A stretch of DNA of 64,000 nucleotides from the sequence record NC_042013.1; one strand, given 5' to 3'. A program made the translations under genes and the position numbers. The notes under the pieces were generated by a model. The model worked only from the letters and a program-made list of their open reading frames with translations, did no database searches and had not been told where the DNA came from. Positions 27,919 to 37,868 of the stretch are shown here, piece by piece (positions within the stretch are counted from its first letter, which is position 1; every line of letters starts with the position of its first letter).

Positions 27919-28275
27919 ATGAAATATACGAGTATTGAATATGTGAGATTTGGTTTCGATGGCGTAGAAAATGTGCTCGGTGACGTTGAGGCTTTTTTTA
28001 GAAATTCATCGGTGAGTGCGGAACTACGACGCAAAATAGCCAACGTTGGTTATTGCTGGTATGTACACTATGGTAACATTTTCGATTATGATGTCGGTAT
28101 TTCATTTTGTTTAAGTGACATACTGCCCTATCATCAGCTAACTATTGCTGATGACATTTGGGCGATGGAAATAACACTTAACAAAATAACAATGTATGAT
28201 CGGAACTATACTATTGTAGATCGGTATAATGGATATTATAAACATTACCTAGATTCAGCTAGTGTTTGTAAATAA
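27919..28275 (+). CDS. family A protein
   Basis: GYCW; LSDILPY. Confidence 0.72.
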   Translation: MKYTSIEYVRFGFDGVENVLGDVEAFFRNSSVSAELRRKIANVGYCWYVHYGNIFDYDVGISFCLSDILPYHQLTIADDIWAMEITLNKITMYDRNYTIVDRYNGYYKHYLDSASVCK

Positions 28276-28707
28276 ATTCTTTATCTTTTTACCAAATTTG
28301 TATACTTTATAATAAATCTTAGAAATGAAATTTTCTAATTTCATTCTTCTTGTTATACCGTTCTCTAATATTTTAAGAAACGTATTCAAATCTACTTTGT
28401 TTATCTTATACACATTGTGATACGGGATTTCACCCACGCTATAGGTGATGCTTTTTTCATAATCCTCATAACATATGAAACGTAATGAATGATGCGGAAC
28501 AATCTTGACGGGGAGAATGTCGTTTATATCTGTCGAAAGTGCATTAGATTTCTCTGTTGTATTTTTCGTGATTGAAATAAACATTCTTCCTTCAGTTGTT
28601 ATTTTATTACGAAAATCGATATCAATATGACAATGCGTTATAATCTGGATAGCATCGAAAAAAATGTCTGACGTTCTAGATGTCTCGTAATATGAAATTG
28701 AATACAT
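28255..28707 (-). CDS. family A protein (inverted)
   Basis: ISYYE; INDILPV. Confidence 0.68.
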   Translation of the reverse strand: MYSISYYETSRTSDIFFDAIQIITHCHIDIDFRNKITTEGRMFISITKNTTEKSNALSTDINDILPVKIVPHHSLRFICYEDYEKSITYSVGEIPYHNVYKINKVDLNTFLKILENGITRRMKLENFISKIYYKVYKFGKKIKNLFTNTS

Positions 28708-28734
28708 TGACAAACTCCTTAATATGTTTATAAT
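28707..28734 (+). promoter_or_regulatory. early promoter overlapping start of divergent gene
   Basis: TTGACA-N16-TATAAT. Confidence 0.7.
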
Positions 28735-28745
28735 ACACCAGTTAA

Positions 28746-29075
28746 ATGATGTTTTTCAATAAAAAGGCAAACTCAATGTACACTTTAGGATATTATTCCG
28801 AACGGCAAAAAACTATGTTGATTCCGCCAATTCAGCGTGAATTTGAAAAAGGTGTTAAAAATGTCATTGTTATCCGTACTGTTCAAGAAACAAACATATA
28901 TACTAATATCCAAGACATACTCCCCCTAAATTTTGACGGAATGGAAGAATTGTATTTTAATTATGGCGGTACGCTTAAAAGATTAACGTTACGTGTTGGA
29001 AACGAACAATCTATCAGTTTTGAAAATGTATCTTTTCCAGAAGCAATCAGTATCATTCATAACAGGAATCTATAA
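28746..29075 (+). CDS. family A protein
   Basis: IQDILPL. Confidence 0.68.
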   Translation: MMFFNKKANSMYTLGYYSERQKTMLIPPIQREFEKGVKNVIVIRTVQETNIYTNIQDILPLNFDGMEELYFNYGGTLKRLTLRVGNEQSISFENVSFPEAISIIHNRNL

Positions 29076-29392
29076 TGTTGAAAATTTCGAGATTTGCATA
29101 TCATAAACGTATTATGGCACCATATCTGGCGCAACGATTGTCTGAATGCTTTGAGGAAAGTGATATTGATTCACTATTCACCATTTTTTATTCTGACGGG
29201 TCTCTTGTAAATTATCCCGGTGATATCGAGAATTACTTGGCCTGCAAATTTGAAACGGACAAGTACGATTCTATTGGATATGATGTGAATAGTGGAAGAA
29301 CGGTCGTACAAAAAGTAGATGGCTCTAATAAAAACTTATATCAATACCGTTTTGACACCTTCCATAATGCTATACTGGAACTGCTAAAATGA
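29075..29392 (+). CDS. probable family A protein
   Basis: IENYLAC (degenerate motif). Confidence 0.58.
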   Translation: MLKISRFAYHKRIMAPYLAQRLSECFEESDIDSLFTIFYSDGSLVNYPGDIENYLACKFETDKYDSIGYDVNSGRTVVQKVDGSNKNLYQYRFDTFHNAILELLK

Positions 29393-29685
29393 TCGTGAGA
29401 ATAATCCACAGAACCGTTAAAGGTACATTACCACTATACTATGCAGAACATTTCAATGATGAAAGCGACATTCTTGTTTCGTATAAGCCTACAAATGGAG
29501 TAGTCACTTATCTTCACGATATCAGTGACATACTTCCATTTACCGGGAAATTAAATACAGACTCTTACCATTATGTGGACGGATATTATTATGTTGGAGA
29601 ATTTTTACATAATGGATCATTCGTTAAAACGTATTCTGGACATAATAAATCACTAATGGAATCTTTAAGAGATTTTATTCTTTAA
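29389..29685 (+). CDS. family A protein
   Basis: ISDILPF. Confidence 0.72.
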   Translation: MIVRIIHRTVKGTLPLYYAEHFNDESDILVSYKPTNGVVTYLHDISDILPFTGKLNTDSYHYVDGYYYVGEFLHNGSFVKTYSGHNKSLMESLRDFIL

Positions 29686-30031
29686 AAATACGAGATATCA
29701 TCAAGTCTATGAATGCTTTAAATTTGATGAAGCGTGGTGGATTTTCAATGTAATCTAATGCATCACGTACGCTATTAAAATGTACGTAATTGGTAAAATG
29801 ACTTACCATAATAAGGTCTCTCTCTACTGCCAACTCTATGCGGTTGAAATATTTGAACACGGTTGGTTCCACATATGGAAAAATGTCATAAAAATTTTTA
29901 ATATACCCATATCCATCCCATCCATATGCGAAAAAATGATATTCTTTCTCAACAAAATTTTCATAGTTCATTCTCATCCCTGATATTTGTAAGGTATGAT
30001 GCTTTTCGTTTTTTAAGATTTGAATTCTCAT
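29675..30031 (-). CDS. family A protein (inverted)
   Basis: FYDIFPY. Confidence 0.66.
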   Translation of the reverse strand: MRIQILKNEKHHTLQISGMRMNYENFVEKEYHFFAYGWDGYGYIKNFYDIFPYVEPTVFKYFNRIELAVERDLIMVSHFTNYVHFNSVRDALDYIENPPRFIKFKAFIDLMISRIFKE

Positions 30032-30106
30032 ATAAACTCCAATAAACAATTGACTTTATAAAAATATCTGCTATGGTTATATTACGTATCAACAAGGAGA
30101 ACCGTT

Positions 30107-30370
30107 ATGTCTATTTGTTCATCCAAAGGCGAATATTCCAAAGGCGTATTGTCCTTTAACGGTAATGAATTGTCAATATATGAAAACGGGGAAATAACCA
30201 CCAACTCTGTAATCATGATTAAAAGTCATAAGACGGGAAACAAAGTTGCATTCGTGTTGAGAAGTGTAGGAGAAACATATATCCCTGCGCGTGGTGAAAG
30301 TATTGAATACGTTTTCGAGGGCCTTGCAAAAGAATATTCACATTTAAAAGTTAAGGTAGTTTGGTATTAA
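30107..30370 (+). CDS. hypothetical protein
   Basis: AAGGAG RBS, upstream TTGACT. Confidence 0.7.
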   Translation: MSICSSKGEYSKGVLSFNGNELSIYENGEITTNSVIMIKSHKTGNKVAFVLRSVGETYIPARGESIEYVFEGLAKEYSHLKVKVVWY

Positions 30371-30663
30371 TGGCATATTTCCAGCTTTATCATAAACGGA
30401 TGAAATCTAATCTTGTTGACAGTTTTATAGTCAAGTTACCATCCGATTTTGATTGGATTGGAGTATACGAAAATTGCATCGTACAAATAGAAGATTTGTT
30501 TCCGTATAAACTTAAAAACGGAACACACCTTACGTCTATTACATATGATACCGATGACCGAATAATGTACGGATTTGTTTTACAGGGTGACTCGATGCAT
30601 CTGGATTGCCGTATTACCAATAAACCTCTGACACAATGTCTTAAAGATGTGGGGATTATTTGA
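30370..30663 (+). CDS. family A protein
   Basis: IEDLFPY. Confidence 0.68.
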   Translation: MAYFQLYHKRMKSNLVDSFIVKLPSDFDWIGVYENCIVQIEDLFPYKLKNGTHLTSITYDTDDRIMYGFVLQGDSMHLDCRITNKPLTQCLKDVGII

Positions 30664-30664
30664 A

Positions 30665-31147
30665 ATGAATCAATATATAATTTATGTCAGTGATAAAGCG
30701 TTGCAGTTAGCACCTGATCGTATTAGTAACGACATCCAGCGTGCACTTGAAAACATAGGAACTATCATTCGACATAATGGTGCGTTTTATCATCCCATTG
30801 ATATTATTCCTTATAAAATTAATGATAAAGAATATGAGGCATTTTCATACGATCTTGATAAGAAGAGTTTTACTTTATATGATTTGAAAACATCACTTGA
30901 TTCTCATTTAGTGGCAACCATCCACGATATTGAGCTTATTGACGCGTTGAAAAAATTCAAGATGATCGTTAATCTTAAGGAGATTGACTGTATTTGGTCT
31001 CGGTATTTTCGTGATGGTTTTACGTTGTCCGATATTGCAAAAGAATATAATTGTGCTATAAATGATCTTGAATTTTTGGTCGACAGGCAAACTGAAATTA
31101 TCAATGCCGGTATCAAAAGCAAAGAGTTACTCAAAGGAGTATTGTGA
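30665..31147 (+). CDS. family A protein with C-terminal HTH-like domain
   Basis: PIDIIPY; RYFRDGFTLSDIAKEYNC. Confidence 0.65.
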   Translation: MNQYIIYVSDKALQLAPDRISNDIQRALENIGTIIRHNGAFYHPIDIIPYKINDKEYEAFSYDLDKKSFTLYDLKTSLDSHLVATIHDIELIDALKKFKMIVNLKEIDCIWSRYFRDGFTLSDIAKEYNCAINDLEFLVDRQTEIINAGIKSKELLKGVL

Positions 31148-31497
31148 TGTTTTTTAAGAAGAAGAGAAAAGATTATGGTCTTGGGTATTATCTTCAGCGA
31201 GGGTTTTTTGTAGATGACGAAGACCGCAAAAGCTGGCTTTATTTTCTACAGGCCGCTTGTTATCGTGCTTATATTTCTAAGGTAGCAAATAGTAACGAAC
31301 CACGTAACAGTTCGGTTGAGACCATTTTGGATAGCCATTATTGTTATCTTCGAAATTATTACTTGGGATTGTTGAAAGATTGCAAGAATAAGAACGAATT
31401 GAAAAACGTACAACGCTGCCTTCTCGCCGTTCGTGGATTTAAACTCAATTCTGCTGAACTTCTAAAAAACGTGAGGAAAGACAAATGCGAGATGTAA
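31144..31497 (+). CDS. hypothetical protein, MFxxKK-LGY group
   Basis: AAGGAG RBS; resembles 10484-10804. Confidence 0.7.
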   Translation: MMFFKKKRKDYGLGYYLQRGFFVDDEDRKSWLYFLQAACYRAYISKVANSNEPRNSSVETILDSHYCYLRNYYLGLLKDCKNKNELKNVQRCLLAVRGFKLNSAELLKNVRKDKCEM

Positions 31498-31700
31498 CCA
31501 AACTTACAAAGGCGATTTGTGCAACCATTAATGAAGTAATGCGTGGACCCACCCAAGATTTTGCGCCAAGTTCATATAACATCGATCCTATTTGGTTTGA
31601 TGTTGATACCGAGAATAAGAATGTTATTATTGCTTCCGTTCCAAAAGGCGCGTATGATACCAAGACACCAAAATATAAAATAACAATTGAACGGATTTGA
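31485..31700 (+). CDS. small hypothetical protein
   Basis: GAGG RBS. Confidence 0.6.
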   Translation: MRDVTKLTKAICATINEVMRGPTQDFAPSSYNIDPIWFDVDTENKNVIIASVPKGAYDTKTPKYKITIERI

Positions 31701-31908
31701 AATGGCACTATACTTCGTATTCTTTGGGTTTCTGTTGATATTAACACCGGTAATAATCGCATACTTGAACAATGTTGGTGATGATGGCGATCTGGTGAAT
31801 ATGTTTGTTAATATGCCATTGGATAAAATTGCTCTTTTTCAGTTCTTAGGAAAGAGCGGTTTTATGTTTTTGGGTATCGGCGGCGTAATGTATTACATGG
31901 GGATTTGA
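31687..31908 (+). CDS. small membrane protein
   Basis: Two hydrophobic helices. Confidence 0.62.
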   Translation: MNGFEMALYFVFFGFLLILTPVIIAYLNNVGDDGDLVNMFVNMPLDKIALFQFLGKSGFMFLGIGGVMYYMGI

Positions 31909-31928
31909 TAATTTAATAGGAGGATTAT

Positions 31929-32186
31929 ATGACAAATTTCGGGCGAAATATCTGGCTGCAAAAAGGTGTAAAGGTAGAATGGTTCGATGGTCATAAAAAA
32001 GGTACTGGCGTAATTGTCGCATTACACCATGAAGAACCGGTCGTTAATTATTGGACAAAGAATATGGACAAAGGAGTTCCAACCTCGTTTGATGTCAAAG
32101 ATGACGCCACAGGAAATATCGCTAAATTTCTGGCAAAAGATATCAAAAAAATTCCATCCAACCGAGATAAAAAAAGGCGCTATTAG
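31929..32186 (+). CDS. small SH3/KOW-like beta-barrel protein
   Basis: AGGAGG RBS; KGVKVEW..G.KKGTGVIV. Confidence 0.5.
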   Translation: MTNFGRNIWLQKGVKVEWFDGHKKGTGVIVALHHEEPVVNYWTKNMDKGVPTSFDVKDDATGNIAKFLAKDIKKIPSNRDKKRRY

Positions 32187-32200
32187 CGCCTTTTCTTTTT
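32172..32200. terminator. bidirectional intrinsic terminator
   Basis: AAAAGGCGCT/AGCGCCTTTT between convergent early and fibre genes. Confidence 0.88.
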
Positions 32201-35200
32201 ATACAATATTCATAAATCTTCTTCTTGCAGATAATTTTTTCAATTCGCCATTTGATGAAATGCTATTAATAAGAACATTTCCGGTGATTTCAAGTCGTGT
32301 TTCTAAGAAGCCTTCCGTTGTAATATTATTAATAACAATCGGGCCGTCAATTTCTTGTGTCTGAGCAAGCTGACCTTCAGTTTGGATACTTGGTATCAAT
32401 ACATCAGACGGTAAAATATTTCCAGAAACGCGCAATTCACCTTCTGTAGTAATATTATTCAATGTTATGTCTATGTTTGCCTCGAGGGAATACGAAATAG
32501 ACCCTGTGGTTTCGATAGAACTAATTAAAACGTCCCCTGTTAGGGTGTTACCAATAATATAACCATTTAATTCAGTAGTTATGCTATTGATTGTTACATC
32601 ACCATTGATTGCAAATTCTGTTTCAATCAATCCTTCAGTTGTAATACTATTCAGCGTTACATCAATAGTAGCGTTTTGCTGTTGTTCTAATACACCCTCG
32701 GTACTAATACGATTCAATATGATTTCTATTGAACCTTCTTCACCGTCGCTTAATGTTCCTGACGTTTCGATTGTTGGTAATGTTACATCGCCAACAAGGA
32801 AAGGCGTGCTTAAAATCATGCCATCCGTTATAACAGACGGTATTACTGTATCGCCTGAGATTGATCTTTCTTCGCCAAGAATACCGGTTGATGTAATTGA
32901 ATTAATCAACACATCCCCTGATACATCTGGTAATAGTGATAGCAATCCATCATTAGATATAGGACGAAGCTTAACGTCACCGTATGCATAGGGTTGTTCT
33001 AATGGGGTTGTTGTTAACTCACTCCAATTATCGGGTCTTACTATAGAAAATGCAGTAGTCAATGTTAGATCGATGTCATATTCTGATTTTTCACCGAAGA
33101 AACCAGAAATTATAAATGGATTTAACGTTATATCTAACGTAGCTGCAATAGGTGTATCTATTTCACCTGTTGTTGTTATTGGGTTTATTAATGTGTCGGA
33201 GTCTATAGCTAGATCAGTGACTAGTTCACCTTCGGTCTCGATGCTACTTAGAACTACATTAATCGATCCTGTAACTACTTTTTCTGATTCAACGTATTGG
33301 ATACCTATTGCACGAGCGCCAGCCGTTATGGTTGATGTTGATATGGATGTTGGTTGAGCTTGTATATAAACAACCACGTCTTTTGCAGGATTGGTGATAT
33401 CTAGCCCACTATTAACATTTACTAATGTGCCAGATATTGAACCGGTTGGATATATAACCTCCGGGTTTTTAAACCATTTTTTTGATGAATTATCAAACAA
33501 ATAAGTAGACGTTATACCATTATTAGTAGCGTTTGTTCCTGTAATGAAGAAACCACTACCATCATTATACCAGCAAGCGGCTGTTGTATTTGTCTGAATA
33601 GTTGCCCCAAAATTTATAGTTCCATCTGCATTTATATCAACATACGTCATTGAAGTTGATAGTTTCATAATACCTGCGGATGGGTTTGTTGGGCTTGACC
33701 ACAGACGGAATATATTGGCGTTAACACCGGCCTGCGATGTTTTTAGTGTATAATCTCCAGAAACTTGTTTTTCAAATATTCTAAGATTTGTTGATGTATC
33801 AGAAAAATATATGTACTGACTATTATAAGATTGTCCTACATAATAGAATGATGTCGCATTAATTCTGTCAATAGTTTGTTTCTGAGTAACAACACCTTCG
33901 TTTGAAATGTGGTAATGAAAATATCCACCACCAGATGTGCTTGTAATGAAAACAATATTATTTTCGTCAATTTTATGAAAGAATGAACTACTTATTGTAC
34001 CGGATATGGTAAATTCGGTATAATCTACAAATAGACCTTCACTATTACGTTCATAAAGGCGTGCATTATTGGTAGCTGTCGCCGTTATCGCAAGCATGTA
34101 TTTTCCATTAGCGACAATTAATACGCCACCAGTGGAAACGTTGTTTAATTGCTGGACTCTGACATATCTTCCATCTGAATTTTTTTCAAATCTTGTTAAG
34201 CCAGTTGTACTGGTAATGTTTGATGGTGCTGATACATATATATTTTTGGCATCACTTGTTATAGCCGCGCCATTAATATTGCTATATGTTACCATGTTAA
34301 TTAATAACGTAGAATCATCTGTAACACTATTGGTTGAAGAATTATATCTGTATGATTTTAATGACCAGTTATTAGCATATTCGCCATTATAACCTACGAA
34401 AAATGTTTCATTAGTTAACCAATCACAACCATACGCTGTTGCGTTAATAGTTTCCTTGGTAGTTAATGTTATAGGAGTTATATCCCCTGATACGGTATCA
34501 ACCGTGTACATTCCAAACCAAGGGGTACTCTGACCGGTGATGAATAATTTTGTACCGTCTGGTGATAGGCGGATGAATTTAATAGCGGCAGCGGTATTGC
34601 TATAGTTGTCTGTTATAATACCGGTATAGCTAATATTGTCAAAATCCGTAATGGTATATTTTGCACCCCAAAATGAACCAACCGCCGTGTTTTTGATTGC
34701 ATAGATAAAACGCTTATCTTGAGATAAGACCATTGATCTATTCTCATATTCAGACGTTAATAATGATCGTTTCAAATTAAATCTGTTATTGACCGAATCA
34801 TATTCAAAGAAATACATACCGGCGCTATAGGAGCTTACAATAAATTGAGTATTAGAATACCACACAATACTTGCCAAATCGGCTAATGTTGCACCGTTGA
34901 GATTGACTGTTACGTTGGTTGCAAGAGTACCATTAATACTATGAACATTAATAACAGTTCTACTAAAAGATACCACGTATTGTTCATTTGGAGAAAATTC
35001 AGCAACGACCGGCGCTATTGACAACGCAGGAGTATATGAAAGTTCATCATATACTCCGTCCGTAGATAATTTAAATAGGCGTAAAACATTAGCAGATGAT
35101 AATGCAAAATAATTATTTGATGGAGAGAAAGACGACACTGTCCCGGCTGAAACCGAAACAGCTTGTGTATTATTAAATGATAACTTATTGTTTGGTATAA

Positions 35201-36350
35201 GTTGACCATTTTTAACGTCACCAAAATTATATGTAGGGCTATTGTTATATCTAGCCGAGAACATAGTGAAAAATTTGGTTTTATCTTTTGATAAAACAAA
35301 TTGATATACCGGAGTAGAATATCCAGAGATGGTATTGCCATCATAAAACTTAGCAGTAGTAACAGTTTTTTTAGATACAGAATATACTTTTGGTGCCGTT
35401 CCAGAAACATATGCAACAAAACGGTTATCGCTAAAGGTACTAGAATTAATGTATGTTGTTGGAATAGAGGGACCATCAATAGGAGTGTCATATAAAACTG
35501 AAGTCTCGAGGTATTTGTTGGCTTCAGTAGAATCGTATGCACCAAATAGACCTGTTGTTGCACCGGGACCGATAAGATATTTCCCGTCATAAATACCGAA
35601 ATCACGAATCAATATTGGCGATGTACTTTTACTATAATATATGCTCTGATTAAATGTTTGCGTTGAGGACGCACGTCTAAGAATATATACGCCGTTATTA
35701 GTAGAAATATAAATTTTTAAACCGTCTGCTGAAATCTTAATACCATAAATTGAGTTAGAAAAATTTGTTACTTGCGCGGTTGTGTATGTTCCACCGGTTT
35801 TGGTATATATAAAGACACCATATGAGGTTGAGTTCGTTGTTGCTGATGACGAAATGAAAATATTCGTATCTGCACTTAATGACGAATCCACCAATACTTG
35901 TTGTACACTTCTTGTAACAGTGTATAACTGCGTCAGAAGATCGGTATTGTATACAAGTGATACGCCATTATTACAATTAACGAGCAAGTCGTTACTATCT
36001 TGTGCATATTTCACTGATACCGGGCGTGCAGGTGGTGTCAACTCATTATAATAAGTCCAAACGCCTCCTACTAAATTATAAAGGTATACTTTATTGATAC
36101 CAGTAGCAACAGCCATTTTCTGAGAATTTGGAGAAATGGTTACATAATCAATACTGGCATTTGATACTGGTATTGATACATTTATAGCGGGATCATCAAA
36201 ATTACCGGCACTTGTTTTTTTATAAACTTGAAATGTTGTGCTTGCGGTTGTTATTTGTGGAACGGCAGCAATCCATTCCCCATCCGCAGAAAATGCAAGA
36301 TTTCGTGTCGATGATAAATTCGAAGTTACCTCTGTGACATTTAATAGCAT
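32199..36350 (-). CDS. virion fibre/adhesin: multiple beta-propellers plus acidic 21-aa repeat stalk (copy 2)
   Basis: Many xFSxDGxxLxV blades over ~1030 aa; about 15 G-D-V-x-I-x-S-I-x-T-x-G repeats; C-terminal RRRFMNIV. Confidence 0.75.
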   Translation of the reverse strand: MLLNVTEVTSNLSSTRNLAFSADGEWIAAVPQITTASTTFQVYKKTSAGNFDDPAINVSIPVSNASIDYVTISPNSQKMAVATGINKVYLYNLVGGVWTYYNELTPPARPVSVKYAQDSNDLLVNCNNGVSLVYNTDLLTQLYTVTRSVQQVLVDSSLSADTNIFISSSATTNSTSYGVFIYTKTGGTYTTAQVTNFSNSIYGIKISADGLKIYISTNNGVYILRRASSTQTFNQSIYYSKSTSPILIRDFGIYDGKYLIGPGATTGLFGAYDSTEANKYLETSVLYDTPIDGPSIPTTYINSSTFSDNRFVAYVSGTAPKVYSVSKKTVTTAKFYDGNTISGYSTPVYQFVLSKDKTKFFTMFSARYNNSPTYNFGDVKNGQLIPNNKLSFNNTQAVSVSAGTVSSFSPSNNYFALSSANVLRLFKLSTDGVYDELSYTPALSIAPVVAEFSPNEQYVVSFSRTVINVHSINGTLATNVTVNLNGATLADLASIVWYSNTQFIVSSYSAGMYFFEYDSVNNRFNLKRSLLTSEYENRSMVLSQDKRFIYAIKNTAVGSFWGAKYTITDFDNISYTGIITDNYSNTAAAIKFIRLSPDGTKLFITGQSTPWFGMYTVDTVSGDITPITLTTKETINATAYGCDWLTNETFFVGYNGEYANNWSLKSYRYNSSTNSVTDDSTLLINMVTYSNINGAAITSDAKNIYVSAPSNITSTTGLTRFEKNSDGRYVRVQQLNNVSTGGVLIVANGKYMLAITATATNNARLYERNSEGLFVDYTEFTISGTISSSFFHKIDENNIVFITSTSGGGYFHYHISNEGVVTQKQTIDRINATSFYYVGQSYNSQYIYFSDTSTNLRIFEKQVSGDYTLKTSQAGVNANIFRLWSSPTNPSAGIMKLSTSMTYVDINADGTINFGATIQTNTTAACWYNDGSGFFITGTNATNNGITSTYLFDNSSKKWFKNPEVIYPTGSISGTLVNVNSGLDITNPAKDVVVYIQAQPTSISTSTITAGARAIGIQYVESEKVVTGSINVVLSSIETEGELVTDLAIDSDTLINPITTTGEIDTPIAATLDITLNPFIISGFFGEKSEYDIDLTLTTAFSIVRPDNWSELTTTPLEQPYAYGDVKLRPISNDGLLSLLPDVSGDVLINSITSTGILGEERSISGDTVIPSVITDGMILSTPFLVGDVTLPTIETSGTLSDGEEGSIEIILNRISTEGVLEQQQNATIDVTLNSITTEGLIETEFAINGDVTINSITTELNGYIIGNTLTGDVLISSIETTGSISYSLEANIDITLNNITTEGELRVSGNILPSDVLIPSIQTEGQLAQTQEIDGPIVINNITTEGFLETRLEITGNVLINSISSNGELKKLSARRRFMNIV

Positions 36351-36355
36351 TTTCT

Positions 36356-37816
36356 TTATTCCGTATATGTTACAAGATGATTTTCAGTAAAACTGATATT
36401 AATACGCGAACCTGTAGGGAATACGCGGTTTGTTGAAAGATCGTAAAAAATCATAGGTTTGCTAGTTAAGAAATCATATATAACTGCATATCTGGCCGTT
36501 ATGGAAGTTTCAACAACCGGCTGAGAAATAGTGTCGGTGTTAATGTAGTAACGCGTAGAATCTTCCGATCTACTAATATCAACTTTTACTCCAGATGGAG
36601 GCCACATTCCATTACTAATAATACTTCCGCTTAATTCCGAAATATTGGTTTGATTTTTTACAAAAGTAGCGTTCCCATTAAGAAGATACAAACGAAGATC
36701 AGTTGGGCCACCGCCAGTTAATGTTCCTAATGCACCATCGTAAAAACGAGACATCGTAATATTATTTTGAACATGATCTGATAGGGTTTGTGTTACAGCA
36801 CCAACTACAATATTTGCCATCGCAGAATCGGTTTGAACCCACGTAGTTCCGTTGAAGCTTAACATTTTTCTAGTAGTACCATCTACTATTTTGTTACCAT
36901 CACCAGTGAATGAAATATTATTACCAAAATTAGTAAATGTCTTTTCAAGCGGCATAATATAATCGCCATATTTTCCAAACAAATACGTTGTATAAATGGA
37001 ATCTTTTAAATATACAAATGCCATTGTTGTTTTGTCAGGAGATGATACTACGTTCTGCAACACTCCTAATTGTGGAGTAATGGTATTTGTTTTTGTCAAC
37101 GTTATATTAGAGGCGATATTAGGACTACTATATGTCACGTCTATTTTGTAAACATCTACATTTTCTCCAGATATATCGGAAACAACTAATAATGATCCAT
37201 CGTATGAGAAAAATGATTTAGACGTATTCATCCCTACAGAAATGGGAAAGTTAACAAATGCTTTGTCATACGGATATGCCGTTGATGTGTTAGGTGTAGA
37301 TGGACCAATCATATAGATGAGATTGCTATTGTTGTTAGTTGTTATAGCCGCAAAATTTCCATCGACAGATGTTGCGATATCAGAGAAATTTGCTCTATTA
37401 GTAACAGACAAAAGGACGGCTGATTGACGAACTGCCGTTGCGGTATTGTTAATACCTACGTTGTATGGATATGCACCAGTACCAATTTCAATGGGTAGAA
37501 ACATAAACGAGTTCGTGTTGAAACTTGTACTATTTTTTACAGTTGAACCAGAAAACGCAGCAATACTAACTGAGCCTATCACCGTGGGGCTGGCACCCGT
37601 AACGCTCGCCGCCATAAAAACAGCTGATGTTGCATTTTTAGAAATATATATGAGTTTACCAGACGACTTATGCCACATCATATTAGGGTTAAAACCGGTT
37701 CCAGTAAATCCGCTATTATTCCCTACAGGTACAAATTCGTCATCTATTAGTTCATATACACGAACAACAGAATCGGTAGGGTAATGAAGAGCAAGAAGGG
37801 GATTGCCAATAGCCAT
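36356..37816 (-). CDS. beta-propeller virion fibre adaptor (copy 2)
   Basis: Propeller blades plus C-terminal ARYAVIYD..FYDL domain; paralogue of 42224-43678. Confidence 0.72.
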   Translation of the reverse strand: MAIGNPLLALHYPTDSVVRVYELIDDEFVPVGNNSGFTGTGFNPNMMWHKSSGKLIYISKNATSAVFMAASVTGASPTVIGSVSIAAFSGSTVKNSTSFNTNSFMFLPIEIGTGAYPYNVGINNTATAVRQSAVLLSVTNRANFSDIATSVDGNFAAITTNNNSNLIYMIGPSTPNTSTAYPYDKAFVNFPISVGMNTSKSFFSYDGSLLVVSDISGENVDVYKIDVTYSSPNIASNITLTKTNTITPQLGVLQNVVSSPDKTTMAFVYLKDSIYTTYLFGKYGDYIMPLEKTFTNFGNNISFTGDGNKIVDGTTRKMLSFNGTTWVQTDSAMANIVVGAVTQTLSDHVQNNITMSRFYDGALGTLTGGGPTDLRLYLLNGNATFVKNQTNISELSGSIISNGMWPPSGVKVDISRSEDSTRYYINTDTISQPVVETSITARYAVIYDFLTSKPMIFYDLSTNRVFPTGSRINISFTENHLVTYTE

Positions 37817-37839
37817 GATATAATACTCCGTATATTAGG

Positions 37840-37847
37840 TATTTATA
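37840..37847 (-). promoter_or_regulatory. T4-like late promoter
   Basis: Exact TATAAATA on - strand. Confidence 0.7.
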
Positions 37848-37868
37848 CATGGCTATTGAATTGCTTTT

